Assembly (NCBI RefSeq): GCF_009914755.1
Contig: NC_060944.1
DNA length: 64,000 nt
Origin: the human T2T-CHM13v2.0 reference genome, Homo sapiens
Direction: 5' to 3' (one strand)
This document shows, piece by piece, positions 41,235 to 55,500 of the stretch. The notes beneath the pieces are model-generated. The model did no database searches, was not told the DNA's origin, and saw only the letters and a list, made by a program, of their open reading frames with translations. Positions within the stretch are counted from its first letter, which is position 1; each line of letters begins with the position of its first letter. Made by a program: the position numbers and the translations under genes.

Positions 41235-42083
41235 ATCAAAATCATGACCAGTGTGTAGACATACTTGTGAAAATATACAGCAACTTGGGGCTTATAACAC
41301 ATGAGCAAAGATGACATTAACACGTGCACTGTTCACATCTTGGGGTCTAGAGGTCAAGAACAAAGATCACAGACAAGACGTTACTAAACGGACCCCTGCA
41401 GTAGGTCCCGAATTGCAGAATCATCCAATTCCAGCATGGTCAGCACGGAGATATTCACAGAAAGAAACCCAGCAAAGTCCTCTCTGAGCCGCTAGAGTCA
41501 ACAAGCTTTTCATACACACTATGGAGAGCCCACGCCCCACATAACCCTTGAGAACACAGTTCCATGTCTTGGCTAACACGGCTCTCACCGCTGGCCTCAA
41601 CACCCCTGGGCCATGCTCCCTCTGCTCTTCCATCCCCACCACAACGAAGAAAGGTATGACCGCACGTTATATATAGTAAAGAAGAACTTTGAGGCCGCAG
41701 GACAGGGCCGCAGCAGCAAGCTCTCTGGGTAGTGCCTTACTGCTCCACCCACCTGAGCCCTGTTCCAAGTGCAAGGAGCTTCCCAAATCCTAGAGAATGA
41801 TTGTACTTAGAAAGTTTTGTTTTGTTTAAGAGAAAATGGCTTTACATGAATTTATGTTCCTCATGGCAGATATGTTACACTTCCCTCTAAACAGAAAGAC
41901 AAGCCCAGGTGGGGCCCGGGCATCCTCGAGGAATGAAGCAGCCATTCCCACCACCTCTCAGGGACTAACAGGTGCATGTGGACACTTGAACCACGACTGT
42001 GTCCACAGCTCCTCCTGGACCAGGCCTGGTGCCTGAGTGTGAAGACTCCTGGCCTGCGTGGCAGGGGCAGCTATCTGGGAGGG

Positions 42084-42293
42084 CTAAACAGCCTGGAGGC
42101 TGAGTCTGCAGAGGAAGGGGGACCTGAAAGAGCCCAGGTACAGGTGCCCATCGTGTTCGTGCACCTCGCTGATGTAGGTGGCCACCAGCCCATCGGGATC
42201 ATGCAGGCTTCTCCGGAAGGCACCGCTGTCGCTGAGTTCTAGGACGAGGCTGTACCGCGGCACAAACTTCATCACCGTCTCTTGACTAAAGAG
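42084..42293 (-). CDS. APMAP: Adipocyte plasma membrane-associated protein, last exon (9)
   Basis: LFSQETVMKFVPRYSLVLEL...HDPDG...SEVHEHDGHLYLGSF...QAV*; 210 nt. Confidence 0.97.
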   Translation of the reverse strand, partial: LFSQETVMKFVPRYSLVLELSDSGAFRRSLHDPDGLVATYISEVHEHDGHLYLGSFRSPFLCRLSLQAV

Positions 42294-44079
42294 CTAGAGG
42301 GAAGCACAGTGCAGGGAAAGTTCACCAGCTGGCCAAGAACACTGTGCGCAGATCAACCGTGCCGCCCCCACCATCCAGGAACGGTCTGACTCCTTCCCAT
42401 GACAGGGCAGCCCCACAGGGCAGTGCCCCACAGGACAGCTAATCCAGCTCCCACTCCCAGCCCAGGGGCCCCAAAGCAGGCCCCACCCCACCCCTGTCCC
42501 TGTGAAGATCAGGCCAAAGAGGCTCCCCAGCACAAGGACAGCAACGCAAGCACATCTCTGGATGGCCCGGCTGAACTGAGAGAGACATATCACATCCGAC
42601 GTGGTCACAGCACTGCAGCCAAGGCTCAGAATGACCTCCACTCACCAGATCACAACCAGCGCAGCTTCCCTGGAATACACAAGTCTTCTGTTTAGATTTA
42701 AAACATTTCAAATAGGCAAGGTGCAAATGATGGAGATTTGAGAGCAGCTCACATTCAAAAAAAGCAAGCAGGTCCACAGACCACACAACATGGCTTCCAA
42801 AACAAAAAGCAAAATCCCACTGCTTTCCTCAAAGCGGGGCGTGCAGATCCTGAGGGACGCCTACAGGGACGGAGGCAAAAGAGCTTAGACCTGGACTCTG
42901 TGGTCACACGGGACTGTTGAAGAGTATTAAGCAGAGAACAGATGGCGAGAGGCGTGATTTCTGGCAGAGCAGAAGGACACCTGGTCGGAAATTATGACAA
43001 AGCACTCCACTGCCTAAGACCAAGGAATGGAAATTAACAGACAGATTTCTAGCTTTTAATACAAGGGAAAATACCCAAACAAGTGTCCAACGAATAATGT
43101 CTCCCAGTCACTGGAAATGTTCAAGCAGACAGACAAGCTGACTAGACTCTAGGTTCAACAGCGATAGATCAACTGCATTACAGCTCAAAAAATTCCCAAG
43201 GCTTCCCACTACCTAGGAAATGCCATCTCCTGCTGTTCGGCCGTGGATCCTTCCCACTCTCCTCTCTTCTCTCTTCCCCCTAAGAGATCTCATCCTCTCT
43301 CACTATTACAACTAGTCACTTTCCCAGAAAGCTCTCAAATCGCCATCTCCAACACCAGTGCTAAGTTTCTCACTGTCTGGGACCCATGTCTGCCTGGCCT
43401 TTCTAATAGCACTTCAAATTCAACAGCCTCCCCAGCTCTGGAGACAGGGCCAGGACCCCAGCCTTCCCTTGATCCCAGTCTCTCTGTGCCCTACAAGCCC
43501 AGCTGCCAGTCTTGCCATCTGTTGTGTGTGTCCCTGGCCTGGGCCCTGCCCTGCCGCCTCTCCCCAGTCACTGAGACAGCTTCCACACAGGCTCCCACAG
43601 CCAGCTGAGCCCTGCTGCAAGCTGTTCTCCTTGCAGTAGCTGCAGTTCTCTTTAAAAACATTCTTTGTACTACATCACTCCCCTCCTAAACAACTCCATC
43701 AGGAGCATGGGGCTGAGCAGGGTACATGTGTGCAGGGGATGGCAGACCATGGTGACCCAGACAAGCCCACTCCGCTTGGGTGAGGAGGTGTCCCTGCAGG
43801 GGAGTGGCCTGGCACGGGCTGTCAGGGCCCACACGGGGTGAGGAGGTGTCCCCACAGTGAGGCCCAGATCAGGCTGTGAGAGCCCATGCAAGTGAGGAGG
43901 TGTACACCCAGGGACAGCCCGGTGCAGGGATCACAGCCCTTGAGGCGAAAGGCAGCCTCCAGCACATGGTCAGGGAGGAAGGGGACAGCCCAGCATGGGG
44001 TGCTACAGCCCTGGATGGGGCCATGTGACAGGGCACAGCAACCACAGATTGGTCACATGCACAGAAAATGGTTGAACAG

Positions 44080-45260
44080 GTAAACCTAGGGAGGACAATG
44101 GGATCCAGGTTTCTCACTGTTGGAGAGGTACAAATAGGGGGAAAAATAAGGGGAGAAAACTTGGATCAGTCCTGTGGTGTTGTCATGGTTTTCAATTTAC
44201 AGATGACAGATGCAGGCATAAGCGTGAGTGGTGTGTGTGTGTGATGTCTACGCGTGCAGGTATATGTGAGTATGCATCGTGTGCTTGTACTCCCAGCGTT
44301 GTCCCTTAGGGACCTGGGAGCAGCGACACCCAAAGCAGCGAGTACACTCAGCACCCAGATCTCCTCCACAAGGAACCAGGGCTCCTGGGAGAAATGGCCG
44401 ATTGCAGAGCTGAAGCAGGGACAATACAAGAGGAAACTGGAACGACTTATGTGCTGGAAAGTGAGGAGCTAGCCCAAGACAAGAGGACATGCCCAAAGGC
44501 CCAGAAGCCACACTGAAGGGGCTCCTCCTGGCCACAGATGGGTAATTTGAGCATCAAAATCAATGATGACTGTAACATAATCACCATTAAGAACATGGGA
44601 AACCATAAGATGGCACTGGTGATTACTTACAAAAACCACCTCTCTGCGAGCAACTCAGTAATTAGACATGAAAGAACCACGTCCAGGTGGAGACACCTGG
44701 CATTCCCTGCCTGAATCAGGTGGCCAAAGTTGCCACCACCCCAACAGAGCAAACTGGTATCGCGCCCTCATGACAGCCGCGCCAAGATGAGCACAGCTTC
44801 ACTGCTGCGCCACTGCTGCCAACGATGCGAGAGCAGAATCTAAATATGAAAAACAAACCCTACTGGAGGGACATTCTGGGACACAGCTGACCTGTACGCT
44901 TTCAAAGGATCAAGGCCAAAAATTCAAAAAAAGACAGGAGCTGAATATCCCCCAGACTGAAGGAGATTAAACAGCTGACAACTAAACACCACTCCTGATC
45001 CTGGGTTGAATCATTTGTTATAAAGGACAACACCGGGACAACTGGCAAAATCTGAATGGGGCCTGCAGACCGGACAGTCACAGGGGAGCTGTGGGCATCT
45101 CCTGGTTTCAATCAGTGGTAATGAAGGAGAATGTGCCAAACACATGCTCAGGCATCTGCAGTGAGTGACAGGGCATTAGGCCAGCCGCTAACTCGGAAAC
45201 AGTGCTGGGAAAAAAATCCCTTGTACCCTCCCTCTTTCCACAGCTTTGATACTGCCTCGA
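44080..45260 (+). mobile_element. Old L1MC-type 3' fragments
   Basis: CAGGTTTCTCACTGTTGGAGA, AGGAACCAGGGCTCCTGGGAGAAATGGC and GGGACAACTGGCAAAATCTGAATGGGG resemble L1MC4-type sequence. Confidence 0.6.
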
Positions 45261-45282
45261 AATTAAAAAAAGAAAAAAATCA

Positions 45283-45588
<306 letters not shown>

Positions 45589-46828
45589 TCAATGACTTGG
45601 ATTACATTTTGAATAAAACTGAACCTTCTTTCCAAGTCCATGGGGCTGTGGTCCTCCCTCTCACCCCTCCTCACCCAGCTGCAGGAAGACTCCATGTTCC
45701 CTCATGCTTGCAGCCCCCTCCCTAACTGTGCCCTCAATCAACGGTACGTCCTCGCACCTACATGTGCCAGGCACTGTTGCAGGTGTGGAGGATGACAAAT
45801 GAACTATGCATGAACTAAACAGAAAAACACCTGCTCTGATGGTATGCACATTCTATTCAGGGGAAGAGACACAACCACCACTCATACTACCCTACGCTAA
45901 GGGCACTATGTGCAGATTCTCACTAAATGTTCCCAGCACCTGATGAGGCACTATTATTCTTTCCACTTTACAGACAGAGCACCTGAGGCAGCGAGTCCAA
46001 GTCCCCGGCCCAGGATCCCACAGCTGGTCTGGCAGCCTCCAAAACCCCTGTGCTAGCCCACCTGCCATTTTGCCTCCCCCTAGGTCCCAGCAGGAACAGA
46101 TGCTGTCTCTGGAGCCAATAAGGCAAAGAGAAGGACAGATTTCTCAACAGATTAGGACTTCCCACACAGCGACCCACAGAACTCACATCACTGAAGGCCG
46201 TGAGCCAGTCTAACTGAGAATGTGCACGCAGCCCCCAGGAGGGGTCCAGACACACAGCCCAGCAGCAGGACTCAGCAACTGCTGCCTGTCAGCCCCAGGA
46301 CCATAAGCTAGTATTTCCATATCGGTTCAAATATTCAGTATCAATTTAAAATACCTATTCAGCCTGTGACATGGAGCTTGCTGGAAAAGCAGATCTCTGT
46401 ATTACACAAGTGCCCACATCAGCAAGTGACCCCTCCACAGTGTAAACGTGCTGAGTTATTATGTGGGGTGCTTCATGGAAGCCACTGGGAAAATGGCAAG
46501 ATTTAAAGGCTGTGTTGAAGGGGCTGTTGTGTTGAAGGGGCCATGGCTGGCCATTGGTGGGGGTGGGTGACTTTTTTTTAAAAAGGGAAAGATTTGGGTG
46601 TGGTAAGAGGTCAAAGGGCAGAACTCCATAGAGAAGAGTGCCTGGCAGTGAGGCTGCAAGAAGGCAGCAGGGAGCAGGCGGGATGGCAGCTGTGGTGACT
46701 AGGTTACAGGGGTGGCCACACCTGCAGGGAGGGGAGGAAAGGGCACCTGCCGACTCTTTCCCTGAGGAGGCAGAGAGGGGGGTGGAGAGCACAGAAGGCC
46801 TGGCAAAGCCATGGCAGATGGAGGAGCA

Positions 46829-46980
46829 AGACTGACAGGCACGCAGATGCCCAGAGCCACGATGGTGAGGGTGGCAATCAAAACACCCAGAAACAGGGAA
46901 CCAGAGACTGACAGGCAGGCAGATGCCCAAAGCCACGATGGTGAGGGTGACAATAAAAACACCCAGAAAAAGGAAAACCA
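46829..46980. repeat. Two-copy 76-bp tandem duplication
   Basis: AGACTGACAGGCA.GCAGATGCCCA.AGCCACGATGGTGAGGGTG.CAAT.AAAACACCCAGAAA at 46829 and 46905. Confidence 0.9.
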
Positions 46981-47162
46981 TAAGAACCAAAGGGTCCAAA
47001 TGTTTAAATCTGCATTTCAGGATGAAGAATGAAATGTGTTTCTAAGTGTCATTCAGAGCCAAATACTACAAGCAGAACTAGATTTTTAAGCTATAAGGGT
47101 CAAAAAAATATGATTCAATTCATTTCCATTTTCTTTCTTGGAATAACAGTTTTCACAGTTAC

Positions 47163-47355
47163 CTTAAAAATCATCCTTTTAATCCAGGGTCTCTCAGATA
47201 AGAAATCCAGCATGGAAAACCCAGGGTTAGGGCGGATGGTCGACATGCCCACCCAGTACCCCCCAGAGCTGCTGGGCCGGATGTTGTCTGGAAATCCAGG
47301 CATGTTCTCCACAAACAGATCAGCCCCGCCCTTCATCAGGCCAGAAACGTAGACT
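47163..47355 (-). CDS. APMAP: APMAP exon 8
   Basis: VYVSGLMKGGADLFVENMPGFPDNIRPSSSGGYWVG...KRMIFK; 193 nt; AG/GT. Confidence 0.97.
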
Positions 47356-47796
47356 CTGAAAAATTCACCCAAGCAGAGAGTGAACCATAGCCCCTCAATT
47401 TCAGAAAAAAAATTTTAGCCAAGCACCAAACTGGTCTTGGTCCAAATATATATATGGAAAGTGCTCTATGACCATCATGAACAAAGGCTCAGCTGCTGAG
47501 AAGAAACCTTTGTGCACAGGGCCCAGTATGAACAGAGGGGAAGTAGGTCAGGGGAGGACCAAGGCCCTGCCAGCAGGGCAATGGGGCCCGGGCTGCACCA
47601 GTCAGCCTTAAGACACTCTTCCGGACTGCGACTCGCAATGGGAGAAAGAAAGCGCACCCTTGAATTTTCTTTAACATGCCATGCAGAAGGTGCGCTGCTG
47701 CCTCTGATTTCTGTCGATCCCATTTCCATGCCCACCCCACCCCGGCCATGATGCGCTCTGGCCAGTAACTGATGGCTCAGCTAATCCCACACACAC

Positions 47797-47931
47797 CTTC
47801 GTATCCTGGCCATGGTTGTTTCTGCCACCAGGACAAAGTCTTCTGCAGGAGACAGCTGGACTCCATTCGGGAACCGCAGCTGGTCCAATAAAACTTTTAC
47901 TTCCCTGGTCACAGTATCATACTCCAGCAGG
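47797..47931 (-). CDS. APMAP: APMAP exon 7
   Basis: LLEYDTVTREVKVLLDQLRFPNGVQLSPAEDFVLVAETTMARIR (strictosidine-synthase-like beta-propeller); 135 nt. Confidence 0.97.
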
Positions 47932-48467
47932 CTGTGGAACACCAAAAGCAGAGGGTTATGGGGGAGAATCCCTGGCTCCCACTCTGGGCCTTCAGGGTAT
48001 GGGCCTGCAGAAGGTGACTCCGCCTCACCCCGGAGCAACAGGCCCTGGGTGCCCTGCTCAAACTTGATTCGAGGCTGGCCCCTGGGGGCCCTTCCCCATC
48101 CACAGCAGATCCAGTGTCCCCTCCAGGGAACCCCAAGGTCAGTTATCTTGCTCACCTGGGAGCTGGACAGGAATACCCCTCAGAGAGGCAACCCAAAGCC
48201 CAGGCCTGCCTCCGGGGTCTCTCTCGACTGCCTAGACTTGCACCCTCAGACGGACTGGCCTGTTTTATTTCCTCAGAGAAAACGAAAGCACCTTGTTCCA
48301 TTTTGTGACATCCATCACCTGCCTCCAGAAGCCACTAAGGTCCTGTCCTAGAAGCTGAAATATGATGCTGGAAATACTCCCTTGGTCCCTAGAAGTAACA
48401 GGCTCTGCTGAAGCAACTGGCCTGGCTGGTGAACTCAACAAATGGGAGACCTGGAGCAAGGCCTCAC

Positions 48468-48642
48468 CGCCCGTCATCTGTGCCCTCCATCACCAGAAGC
48501 AGGTAGTCTCGTCTTTGCCATTTGCTGCTAGAATCGGTGAAATAAATCTTCCTCCCATCCTGAGTGACTGTAAGATCATTCACAAAGGACATGTTCTTCC
48601 CCTCAATGGGTGTCTCGGAGGACAGCAGCAGTTTCACTTCAC
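48468..48642 (-). CDS. APMAP: APMAP exon 6
   Basis: EVKLLLSSETPIEGKNMSFVNDLTVTQDGRKIYFTDSSSKW...EGTDDG; 175 nt. Confidence 0.96.
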
Positions 48643-49730
48643 CTGAAGTTTAAAAAGAAAGAAAAAGATTGACTTGAACTAGGAACTTCTCAATAATTGC
48701 AAAATATTAACCAACCTAACTGATTTAAAAAGAAAAACTGAAACTTCTCCATGTCATTTGTCAGAAGATTTATTCCTTCTTATAGTAAAAACAGTATTAG
48801 GTGTTAAATGATTTTTTTAGACTAATTTCATTAAAGGCAGAATCTTTTCTATAAGGATGAGGAATTCCTTCTTTTACTAAGGCCAACTGACTTGATAACA
48901 TCTACTGCAAGTGTTAGGCAGGCTTCAGTTCTATTTGTTAGTTCTATTTGAGAGAAATATGACATTCTACTCATCTCCTTTTAGAAAAGAAAAGTAGTAG
49001 TAAGTTTTGAAAAATAATAGAAAGAACATGGATTGAGTGCTAAGCACTCTCGAGGTGTGATCGCCTTTAAACCCTCGCAACAATCCCACAGGCAGGGCTA
49101 CTATGACCCCAATTTGATGAAGAAGCTGGGCAGAGAGCAACTAAGGGACCTGCAGTCACAGCTGGTGGCCAGCAGAGTGGAATGCCCCCAAGCAGCTGGG
49201 CTGCAGGGCCTATGTTCGGGCCCCCACGCACAAGACAACGGACTCCTCCCCAGCAGGAACCTCCACTGAGACACACAGCACGTATTACAGCCTGATCAAG
49301 GGGACTCATGAGCAATCAGGGGAGAGAAGAGGAGGAACTACAGGAGAAAACAGAAAGGAAGAGACAAAGGGGAGGGCCACAGAGAAGAAAGAGAGAAAAC
49401 AAATAGACAAGACGCAGAGAGACACACAGAAAAATCAAGACAGAAAGAGGTCTAACTTCCTCAAAATAAGTCCTTTTGAGACCCTGTGGCTAAAATATAA
49501 ATACTAGGAGGAAATTAGGATACGGACCAAATGGAATCATGGGTAGGGAGTTTTCTGGTGTTTAAAACTAGCTGACTTTTGCAGGCAATGTTTTCAGTAC
49601 TGTTCAGTGAATAAGAAATATCAGAGTCTTTAGTAGACTGTTGCTAACAAATCCTATTAAGTCTACACATACATATATTGTTTAAAAGATCTAAAATCTT
49701 CATAGAAGGAAACGAGATATTGTCACATAC

Positions 49731-49847
49731 GTTTCCAGGGATTTACTTCAAATAGTCCCTTGTATGCATCGGCCACAAAGAGAGTCCCATTGGGCCCTGC
49801 ACGGATACCCAGGGGTCTCCCACACACAGGCTCATCATCTCGGGTTT
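49731..49847 (-). CDS. APMAP: APMAP exon 5
   Basis: TRDDEPVCGRPLGIRAGPNGTLFVADAYKGLFEVNPWK; 117 nt. Confidence 0.96.
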
Positions 49848-49992
49848 CTAGAAAAACAAACAGATGGGGATTGGTAGCTGGTCCCGGATTCTACATGTGC
49901 TGTTCTCAGTATCCAAGCATCTCATCCATCCCTTCCCATACATCATGCTGTACAGAACAAGACAAGACCATGGCATTAGAGCTACAACTGCC

Positions 49993-51171
49993 CTGCAGGT
50001 GCTCACTGCAGGTGCTTATTGCAAGGTGTTCATTGTGGGGTGCTCACTGCAGGGTGCTTACTGTAGGTGCTTACTGCAGGGTGTTCACTGTGGGGTGTTC
50101 ACTGCAGGTGCTTATTGCAGGGTGCTCACTACAGTTGCTTATTGCAGGGTGTTCACTGTGAGGTGCTCACTGCAGGTGCTTATTGCAGGGTGTTCACTGT
50201 GGGGTACTCACTGCAGGTGCTTATTGCAGGGTGCTCACTGCAGGTGCTTACTGCAGGGTGTTCACTGTGGGGTGCTCACTACAGGTGCTTACTGCAGGGT
50301 GTTTGTGTAGAGTGCTCACTGCAGGTGCTTATTGTAGGGTGTTCACTGTGGGGTGCTCACTGCAGGTGGTTATTGCAGGGTGTTCACTGTGGGGTGCTCA
50401 TTGCAGGTGCTTATTGCAAGGTGTTCACTGTGGGGTGCTCACTGCAGGTGCTTATTGCAGGGTGTTCACTGTGAGGTACTCACTGCAGGTGCTTACTGCA
50501 GGGTGTTCAAGTGGAGTGCTCACTGCAGGTGCTTATTGCAGGGTGTTATTGCAGGGTGTTCACTGTGGGGTGCTCACCACAGGGGCTTATTGCAAGATGT
50601 TCACTGTGGGGTGCTCACTGCAGGTGCTTATTGCAGGGTGTTCACTGTGAGGTACTCACTGCAGGTGCTTACTGCAGGGTGTTCAAGTGGAGTGCTCACT
50701 GCAGGCGCTTATTGCAGGGTGTTATTGCAGGGTGGTCACTGTGGGGTGCTCACCGCAGGGGCTTACTGCAGGGAGTTCACTGTGGGGTGTTCACTGCAGA
50801 TGCTTATTGCAAGGTGTTCACTGTGGGGTCCTCACTGAAGGTGCTCACTACAGGTGCTTATTGCAGGGTGTTCACTGTGGGGTGCTCACTACAGGTGCTT
50901 ATTGCAGGGTGCTCACTACAGGTGCTTTTGTGGGTCATTAACTGTAGGGTGCTCATTGCAAGTACCACTGCAGGTGTTCACTATAGGTGCTCACTGTAGG
51001 TGCTTACTGCAGGGTGTTCACTGTGGGGTGCTCACTGCAGGTGCTTACTGTAGGGTGCTCACCATGGGTGATCACTCCAGGTGCTATTGTAGGTGCTGAC
51101 CATGGGTGCTCACTGCAAATGCTTATTGCAGGGTGTTCACTGTGGGATGCTCACTGCAGGGTGCTTACTGC
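49993..51171. repeat. Modular minisatellite: 13-14-bp monomers in a ~41-bp higher-order unit
   Basis: GGTGCTCACTGCA / GGTGCTTATTGCAG / GGTGTTCACTGTGG; APMAP intron 4. Confidence 0.97.
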
Positions 51172-51915
51172 CAAAATGGCACGGAAAAAGGCAGGTTAAA
51201 GAACTGATGTAGGGTATAATTCCATCATACGTGTGGGTGTGCATGTCCATGAACAAAAAGATGTCTGAAAAGTGAACCACTAAAATGTTCATAACAATTA
51301 CATCTGAAAAGACTCAGGTGATTTTTATTTTCTCCTTTGTACCTTTGTGTTGTTTGTGTTTATGAAAATACATCACTTTAATAAAAACATTCCAGCTATT
51401 AAAAAATGATAACTATTAAGTCTATAGACTATCAGTTTTAAACAGTGAGTCTTCTACTCTAGTTTTCCAAAATTTGAATGACTTAAGGGTATTCTCACTT
51501 ACAGGGCTGAAATTCCTGAGACCAAGGCAGAATAACACTTACACATCCAAGTAATGACAAGGCCACCTACTTTTCCACAGCAGCACTGTGATAACACCTA
51601 TTAGCCTCTGAAGTACCGCAAAGGTAAACGGGGACCCCAATAAAATGGTGAGGGGCGAGGCCCATGCAGTACCAAGCAGGGGCCACAGCCACTACCCAGC
51701 TGCAAAATGGGGACTGTAGGTGACCATCAGGCACCGTGAGGCCCAAGGACCACCCGGCAAATGAAGAGCTCGTAGTGACGTCATGTTCCATCTACTAGAT
51801 GGTCAGAGGTTCTTTTTCTCCCACAGGCATTCTAGGGAAAAGCAGTTCCACACAACGATCCAACATCTTTCTGAAAGACTGGAAGAGACACATCGAGGGA
51901 TTATCACCAACTTAC

Positions 51916-52008
51916 TGCAAGGGCCCGAACCAAACCGGGCAATGGTCTCTATTTCACCATTTTCAAGTTTTACGACCCGGCCATCTGCTGTCCCAGTAAA
52001 CATCACAT
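51916..52008 (-). CDS. APMAP: APMAP exon 4
   Basis: DVMFTGTADGRVVKLENGEIETIARFGSGPC; 93 nt. Confidence 0.96.
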
Positions 52009-52441
52009 CTGTTTAAAAACACAAAAAGGAGGAAGAGCAATGTTAGCCTAAGAAATGTGACTAAGCCGCCTTCTCCTACAAGAGGGCTTGTTTACATGTT
52101 CCCCCTGCCCTATAGAGGAAATGCCAATTCTCAAGATGGAAGAGAAGCAATTTCTGGGAATATGAAAAATCCTTAAAACTTACAGTGATAAAACTGCGGG
52201 GGCCTAGGGAAGCAGCCTGTGGGCATGAACCTGACTCAAAAGCAAGGGTGCAGCAGATACCAGTCAGTGATGAGAACTGTGAGGATTTTCTCCAGTCCTG
52301 AAGCACTCAAGCTGACACTCAGCACTTAGGGGCATGAGTTCATATTCACCTCACATCAGTGTCTGCTGCTGATATTGATTATATCCAACTAAAGGAGAAG
52401 AACTGCCAGAAATCCTTTAGAAGAAAATTACAGCACATTAA

Positions 52442-52551
52442 GTGCTTACTTCAGCAGCACATATACTAAAATTAGAATGATACAGAGAAGACTACTAGCA
52501 TGCCCCTTGAGCAATGATGATACACAAATTCATAAAACATTCCATAGTTTT
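52442..52551 (+). pseudogene. U6 snRNA processed pseudogene (full length), fused to L1
   Basis: GTGCTTACTTCAGCAGCACATATACTAAAATT...ACAGAGAAG...TTCCATAGTTTT aligns end to end with U6, with CpG decay. Confidence 0.93.
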
Positions 52552-55500
52552 CAAATGTATATTGCAAACTCAAGGGTAACCACTACAAAAAGTAAAAAAA
52601 AGAAGTATAACTGATATGCTAAGAAAGGAGAGAAAATGGAATCATATAAAATACTCAGTTTAAAACTACAAAAGACAAAAAGAGAGTAGAATGCAAAAAT
52701 AGAAACAAAGAATAAGGGCAAAGAATAGAAAACAGTAACAAATACGGTAGATATTAATCCAATATATCAATAATCACTTTAAACATAAATGGTCTAAATA
52801 TACCAACTGAAAGAGAGACATTGCCAGAATTATTCAAAAAACAAGACCCAACTCTATGTTGTGTACAAGAAACCCACTTTAAATATAAAGACATATATAG
52901 ATTAAAAGTGAAGGGATGAAGAAAGTACATCATGTTAACACTAACCAAAAGCAACCCAGAATAGCTGTATTAAATTCAGACAGAGAACACTTCAGACCAA
53001 GGAAAGTTATCAGGGATAAAGAGGAGCATCACACAATGACAAAGGGGTCAATGCCTCAAAAAAACATAAGAACCTTTAATGTGTATATGCTTCACAATAG
53101 AGCACCAATATGTGAGGCAAAAACTGATGAAACTGCAAGGAGAAACAGAATCCACTATCACAGTTAGAGACTTCAACAATCTAAACAAGAATAATCACAT
53201 GATCATATCAACAGATACAGAAAAAAACATCTAGTAACATCCAACACCCATTCATGATTAAAAACTCTCAGCAAGCTGGGAGTAGAGGGGAAACTTTCTT
53301 AACTTGATCAAGAATATCTATAAAAAAATCTACATATAACATCATACTTATGGATGACAAACTAGAAGCTTTCCTGCTAAGATCAAGAACAAGGCAAAGA
53401 TGCCCCTATCACCACTCCTTTTCAGTATCATACTTGAAGACCTAGCTAATGCAGTAAGACATGAAAAGGAAACAAAAGGTATACAGATTGAGAAGAAAGA
53501 AATAAAACTTTCTTTGTTTGCAAGTGACATAATTGTCTAGATAGAAAATCTGAAAGAATCAACAACAACAAAAAACCCTCCTGGAACCAAGCAATTATAG
53601 CATGGTTGCAGGATACTGCAAGATATTGACTCACCTTCCTTTATACTAACAATGAACAAATGGAATTTGGAATTGAAAACACAATACTATGTACAGTAGC
53701 ATCCAAAAGATTGGCATACTTAGGTATAAATATAATATAATATACACGAGGTCTATATGAGGAAAACTAGAATATTCTGATGAAAGAAATCAAAGAACTA
53801 AATAAATGGAGAGATATTCCATGTTCATGGACAGGAATACTCAATATTGTCAAGATGTCAGTTTTTCCCAACCTTAATCTATAGATTCAATGCAATCCCA
53901 ATCAAAATCCCAGCAAGTTATTTTGTAGATACAGACAAATGAATCCTAAAGTTCATATGGAGAGGGCGAAGACTCAAAATATCCAATACAATATTGAAGG
54001 AAAAGAATAAAGTCAGAGGACTGAAACTACTCAACTTCAAGATTCTCTATAAAGCTACAGTAATCAAGACAATGTGGTATTAGCAAAAGAATAGAAAAAT
54101 AAATCAATAGAACAGATAAAATTTTTAGCCCAGAGACAGACCCACATAAATACAATCAACTGATCTTTTGACAAAGGAGTAAAGGCAATGCATAATGGAG
54201 AAAAGACAGTGTTTTCCACAAATGGTGCTGGAACAAATTTGTTTGCATCCACATGCAAACAAATAAATCTAGACACAAACCTTATACCCTTCACAAAAAT
54301 GGAATTCAAAATGGATCATAGACCTAAATGTAAAATACAAAACAAATTCCTAGAACATAGGAGAAAATCTAGGTATGATGATGAATTTTTAGATATAACA
54401 CCTAGGGTATGATGATGAATTTTTAGATATAAAACCAAGGTGAGATACATGAAGAAATAATTAATAAGTGAAACTTCATTAAAATTAAAAACTCTTGCTC
54501 TACAGAAGATACTGTCAAAAGAATGAGAAGCCACAGACTGGAGAAAATATTGGCAAACAACATGTCTGATAAAGAACTATTATCCAAAATACACAAACAA
54601 CTCTTAAAACTCAACAATAAGAAAATGAACAACCCAATTACAAAAATGGGCAAAAGGCCTGAACAGACACATCACCAAGAAGATATACAGATGGCAGGTA
54701 GGCATATGAAGATATTCCACATCAAATATCATCAGAGAAATGCAAATTAAAACAACGAGACACCACTATACACCTATTAAAAGGGCCAAAATCCAAAACA
54801 CTGACACCACCAAATGCTGGCGAGGACATGGAGCATCAGGAACTCTCACTAATTGTTAATGGGAAGGCAAATGGTACAGCCACTTTGGAAACGCTTGGTG
54901 GTTTCTTACAAAACTTAACTCTTACCATACAATCCAGCAATTATGCTTTTCGGTATTTACCCAAATGAGCTGAAAACTTAGGTCCACACAAAAACCTGCC
55001 CACAGATGTTTATACCAGCCTTATTCATAACTGCCAAAACTTAGCAGCAACCAAGATGTACTTCAGTAGGTAACTAAACTGTGGCACATTCATACAATGG
55101 AATATTACTCAGTGCTAAAAAGAAATGAGCTATCAACCCATGGAAAGACATGGAGGAATTTTAAATAAATGCATACTACTAAGTGAAAGATGCCAATCTG
55201 AAAAGGCTACATACTGTATGAGTCCAGCTACATAACATTCTGGAAAAGGCAAAACTATGGAGATGGCAAAAAGATCAGTGGTTGCCATGGGTTAAAAGAA
55301 AAGGGTGGAATGAACAGGCAGAGCAAAGAGGATTTTCAGGGCAGTGAAAACACCCTGTAAGATACCATAACAGTGGATACATGGCATTTGTCCAAACCCA
55401 TAGAATGTATAAAACCAAGAGTGAACCCTACCGTAAACTACAGACTCCGAGTACTATTGACGTATTGATGTGAGTACATCACTTGTAACAAACTTACCCT

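Noticed and set aside
46355-46999. 214-aa hydrophobic ORF in APMAP intron 8
   Set aside because: Non-ATG start, partly made by the 76-bp duplication, no recognisable domain or splice support.
49760-51199. Stack of Cys-rich ORFs (metallothionein- or keratin-associated-like)
   Set aside because: Artefact of a stop-poor 41-bp repeat read in three frames; antisense intronic, no gene structure.
52442-52551. Functional U6 gene
   Set aside because: Many substitutions, an insertion next to the ACAGAGA/AGC catalytic region, no evident PSE/TATA upstream, and fused to L1.
54369-54436. ~34-bp tandem duplication
   Set aside because: Ordinary slippage duplication inside a decayed L1.
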